Positions 61,991-64,000 of a stretch of 64,000 nt of DNA are shown piece after piece. Origin of the DNA: Pyrodictiaceae archaeon (GTDB lineage: Archaea > Thermoproteota > Thermoprotei_A > Sulfolobales > WAQK01); NCBI GenBank assembly GCA_015520265.1, contig WAQK01000030.1, positions 134 through 64,133 on the forward strand. The letters run 5' to 3'. The notes beneath the pieces are model-generated. The model worked only from the letters and a program-made list of their open reading frames with translations. It had not been told where the DNA came from and ran no database searches. Positions within the stretch are counted from its first letter, which is position 1, and each line of letters opens with the position of its first letter. Made by a program: the position numbers and the translations under genes.

Positions 61991-63901
61991 CTAGCGCAGC
62001 ACTCTGGAGGGGCCTGGCACCCTGGACTCTATCTCCTGGTCGGGCAGCGCCTCCACCAGCTCCGCGTGCTCGCCAGCCTTGCGGGCCAGTGCTTTCTTGA
62101 TCTTCTCCACCAGCTCCTTGCCCTTCAGGTCGCCGGGTACCAGAACCACGTAGATGCTGGTCCGCTTCTCCACGAGGCTAGGTGGACCCACTATGACCCT
62201 GGCATACTCGTCGAGAAGCTCCACTCCAAGGGCCAGCTCCAGCCTTACCCCGCGGATATAGTTTCTCTTGCCATACACCATGAAGGCGCCCTTGGATAAG
62301 TATTCGCCGGGCGGAGGCGACTTGGAGACCTGCTCGCCCCAAGCCCAGTAGACGTCCAGTGCGGCGACACTGCTCTTCCAGGCCTTGGAGTAGCACGCTG
62401 CAAGAGTCGCTGCCTCCCTGAGGGTCTCCTCGCCCGGCTGCTTGCCGCCACACTTGATCACCACGGCTGGCGCGCCGTGTATCTCGGCATGCATGAAGAC
62501 GTCGCGGGGGCCCAGCTGCTTCTTGACCAGGCTCTCGTTCTGGTCGGCGTTCCGGCCGCCCAGCACCAGGAGGCCCTCGCTGCTTATGAGCCAGTGGTAC
62601 TTCTCGAACCACTCCCTGGGCCTGGAGGCCAGCCTTGTCCTGAGGGCGCGTAGCCTTGCCTTCCTCCTGATGTCCTCCAGCCTCTTCTCGGCGTCCCTGA
62701 GCGCCTCCTCGGCCTTCCTGGCCTTGCCCCTGAGCTCGCCAGCCCTCCTGTACATTTGGAGCAGGTTGTCCTGGGCCGGGAGCCTCACGTCGAGTTCCAC
62801 GTCTACACCATCGATCTTTGCCACCACGATCCCCTGCTTGGGCCTGGCCTCCACGACTCCGGGGCACCGCTCCTTCACCGCCTTCCAGCCCTCCCTCTCC
62901 CTCACCTTCGATACGCATTCCAGCAGCCTCTCGGCTTCCAGAATATTGGCTGCCAGCTTGTTGGCCTTCTCCTCCAGCTCGGCCGCCTTTTCCAGGTACT
63001 CCTCGGCCCTCCTCCTAGCCTCCTCTATGGAGCGGAGGAGCCTGGCCTCCTCAGGCGACGGTGTCTCCCTCGGCCCTCCTGAGGCATGGAAGTACTCGTC
63101 GAGGGCCTCGTTGAAGAGGCCGTAGGTCCTGTGCTCCCCGGCCAGGAACGTCGGCTTGAAGGGCGTAACGGTCTCGTACCTACCGTCCACCACAGTTATG
63201 GTGGGCTCCGGCCTCTCCGTGGAGGCCTTGTAGATCCTTCTAGCCTCCTCCAGAATCCTCTCGGCGGCTTCTGCGTCCAGCTGGCCGGGCTCCATGGACT
63301 TGTCTATGCCGAGCCTGTGGAGGACTTCCTCCGCCAGCTCGGGGGGCCAGCCCGCGCCCCTTATCAGGCCCCTGACCAGGTCCCTCCCCTCCCTCACCCG
63401 CTCCAGGAGCTGCTGAGCCGTGGCCTCCAGAGGGCTGAGCGCCACCCGGGGAGGCGCCACATATTTCTCGCCCCTTCTTATCGCCCTGTCCCTCATCTCC
63501 ACGTAGCGTGTAGCGTAGATTATCCTCCCCTCAGGGTCCAGGAGGGCGGCGACGCCGCGGGGCAGGAGTTCTACAACAAGCCTGTAGCCTCCGGGCTGGA
63601 AGACCAGCTGTACCACCCGCTCGAAGCCCTGCTGTTCTATCTGCTCCAGAACCTTGCCCCTCAGGTATTTGCGGAGAACCATGCCTGCCTGGCCCAGCTT
63701 CTCCCCCCTTATCGTCCTGCTGGTCAGGTGTATCCTCCTACCCGGCTCCACCAGCAGCTCCCTTAGATGGGTCTGAGCCTTAAACTTCACTATGATCATG
63801 TCCCCAACAGTGTAAATGTTGCCAACCCGGCTCCTGCCCAGGAGCCTCAGGGTCTCAGCCTTCCAAGCCGCGACGTCGAGGCTGCTCATACTCCGCTTCA
63901 A
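61991..63901 (-). CDS. NFACT-family protein (archaeal Rqc2/NEMF/FbpA homolog, NFACT-N + coiled coil + NFACT-R/DUF814)
   Basis: 636 aa. The N-terminus SLDVAAWKAETLRLLGRSRVGNIYTV...LLVEPGRRIHLT is NFACT-N-like. It has a central Glu/Arg/Ala-rich coiled coil and a C-terminal DVFMHAEIHGAPAVVIK, which is the DUF814/NFACT-R motif. Confidence 0.85.
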   Translation of the reverse strand: MKRSMSSLDVAAWKAETLRLLGRSRVGNIYTVGDMIIVKFKAQTHLRELLVEPGRRIHLTSRTIRGEKLGQAGMVLRKYLRGKVLEQIEQQGFERVVQLVFQPGGYRLVVELLPRGVAALLDPEGRIIYATRYVEMRDRAIRRGEKYVAPPRVALSPLEATAQQLLERVREGRDLVRGLIRGAGWPPELAEEVLHRLGIDKSMEPGQLDAEAAERILEEARRIYKASTERPEPTITVVDGRYETVTPFKPTFLAGEHRTYGLFNEALDEYFHASGGPRETPSPEEARLLRSIEEARRRAEEYLEKAAELEEKANKLAANILEAERLLECVSKVREREGWKAVKERCPGVVEARPKQGIVVAKIDGVDVELDVRLPAQDNLLQMYRRAGELRGKARKAEEALRDAEKRLEDIRRKARLRALRTRLASRPREWFEKYHWLISSEGLLVLGGRNADQNESLVKKQLGPRDVFMHAEIHGAPAVVIKCGGKQPGEETLREAATLAACYSKAWKSSVAALDVYWAWGEQVSKSPPPGEYLSKGAFMVYGKRNYIRGVRLELALGVELLDEYARVIVGPPSLVEKRTSIYVVLVPGDLKGKELVEKIKKALARKAGEHAELVEALPDQEIESRVPGPSRVLR

Positions 63902-64000
63902 GCCTGCGCCCTGGCAGAATTAAATAGCCGGGCCCTATAATTAATGGCCCGCGGGAACCGCCGTGGACGCCAAGGACCTGATCTACGTAGCGAGAAGCCT

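Noticed and set aside
62178-62918. 246-aa ORF within the NFACT gene in another frame (also 62442..63125 and 63086..63766 on the plus strand)
   Set aside because: They show extreme Arg/Gly/Glu/Pro composition that mirrors the Glu/Arg/Ala-rich coiled-coil codons of the NFACT frame. NFACT-N and DUF814 motifs support the 636-aa frame.
1-64000. Search for rRNA genes, CRISPR arrays, transposases/integrases or prophage blocks
   Set aside because: None were recognised. No conserved rRNA stretches, no regularly spaced repeats, and no DDE, tyrosine- or serine-recombinase motifs appear among the translated ORFs.

Overview
This is a compact, gene-dense, GC-rich window with about 75 protein genes on both strands and many 4-nt or short convergent overlaps. 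It looks like chromosome from a hyperthermophilic crenarchaeon: it has an archaeal TBP, an ATP-dependent DNA ligase, a GPN-loop GTPase, ribosomal protein L35Ae, a mevalonate-pathway HMG-CoA synthase/thiolase/DUF35 operon and a BHB-intron tRNA. I cannot name the species from the sequence alone. Most of the content is core metabolism and housekeeping: a PotABCD-type polyamine ABC transporter; a CysK/SufS/ParB-like sulfur cluster; PGI/PMI plus a sugar-1-P nucleotidyltransferase; an ECF ATPase module; BirA plus biotin-dependent acyl-CoA carboxylase (accC, accB, pccB); HMG-CoA reductase plus the thiolase/HMGCS/DUF35 operon; a very large Opp/Dpp-type ABC system; Dpm1/GtrA glycosylation genes; UDG, AGOG and ligase repair genes; and peptidases. 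No rRNA, CRISPR array, transposase or integrase was seen. Points worth a second look: (1) five consecutive CBS-domain-only genes (18 CBS motifs) downstream of an NFACT/Rqc2-like gene and upstream of Mut7-C RNase and AMMECR1; (2) a lower-GC islet with a HEPN-MNT pair converging on a 141-aa minimal GGDEF/GTP-cyclohydrolase-III-like palm-domain protein, flanked by structured non-coding DNA; (3) a tRNA-Lys(CUU) that appears to carry two 21-nt introns; (4) a 1031-aa substrate-binding protein with a Gln-rich repeat stalk and membrane anchor, paired with permeases that carry about 200-aa insertions; (5) a perfect 14-bp palindrome between birA and accC; (6) a secreted, anchored Lon-like S16 peptidase; (7) a second HEPN-MNT module whose HEPN gene is frameshifted.
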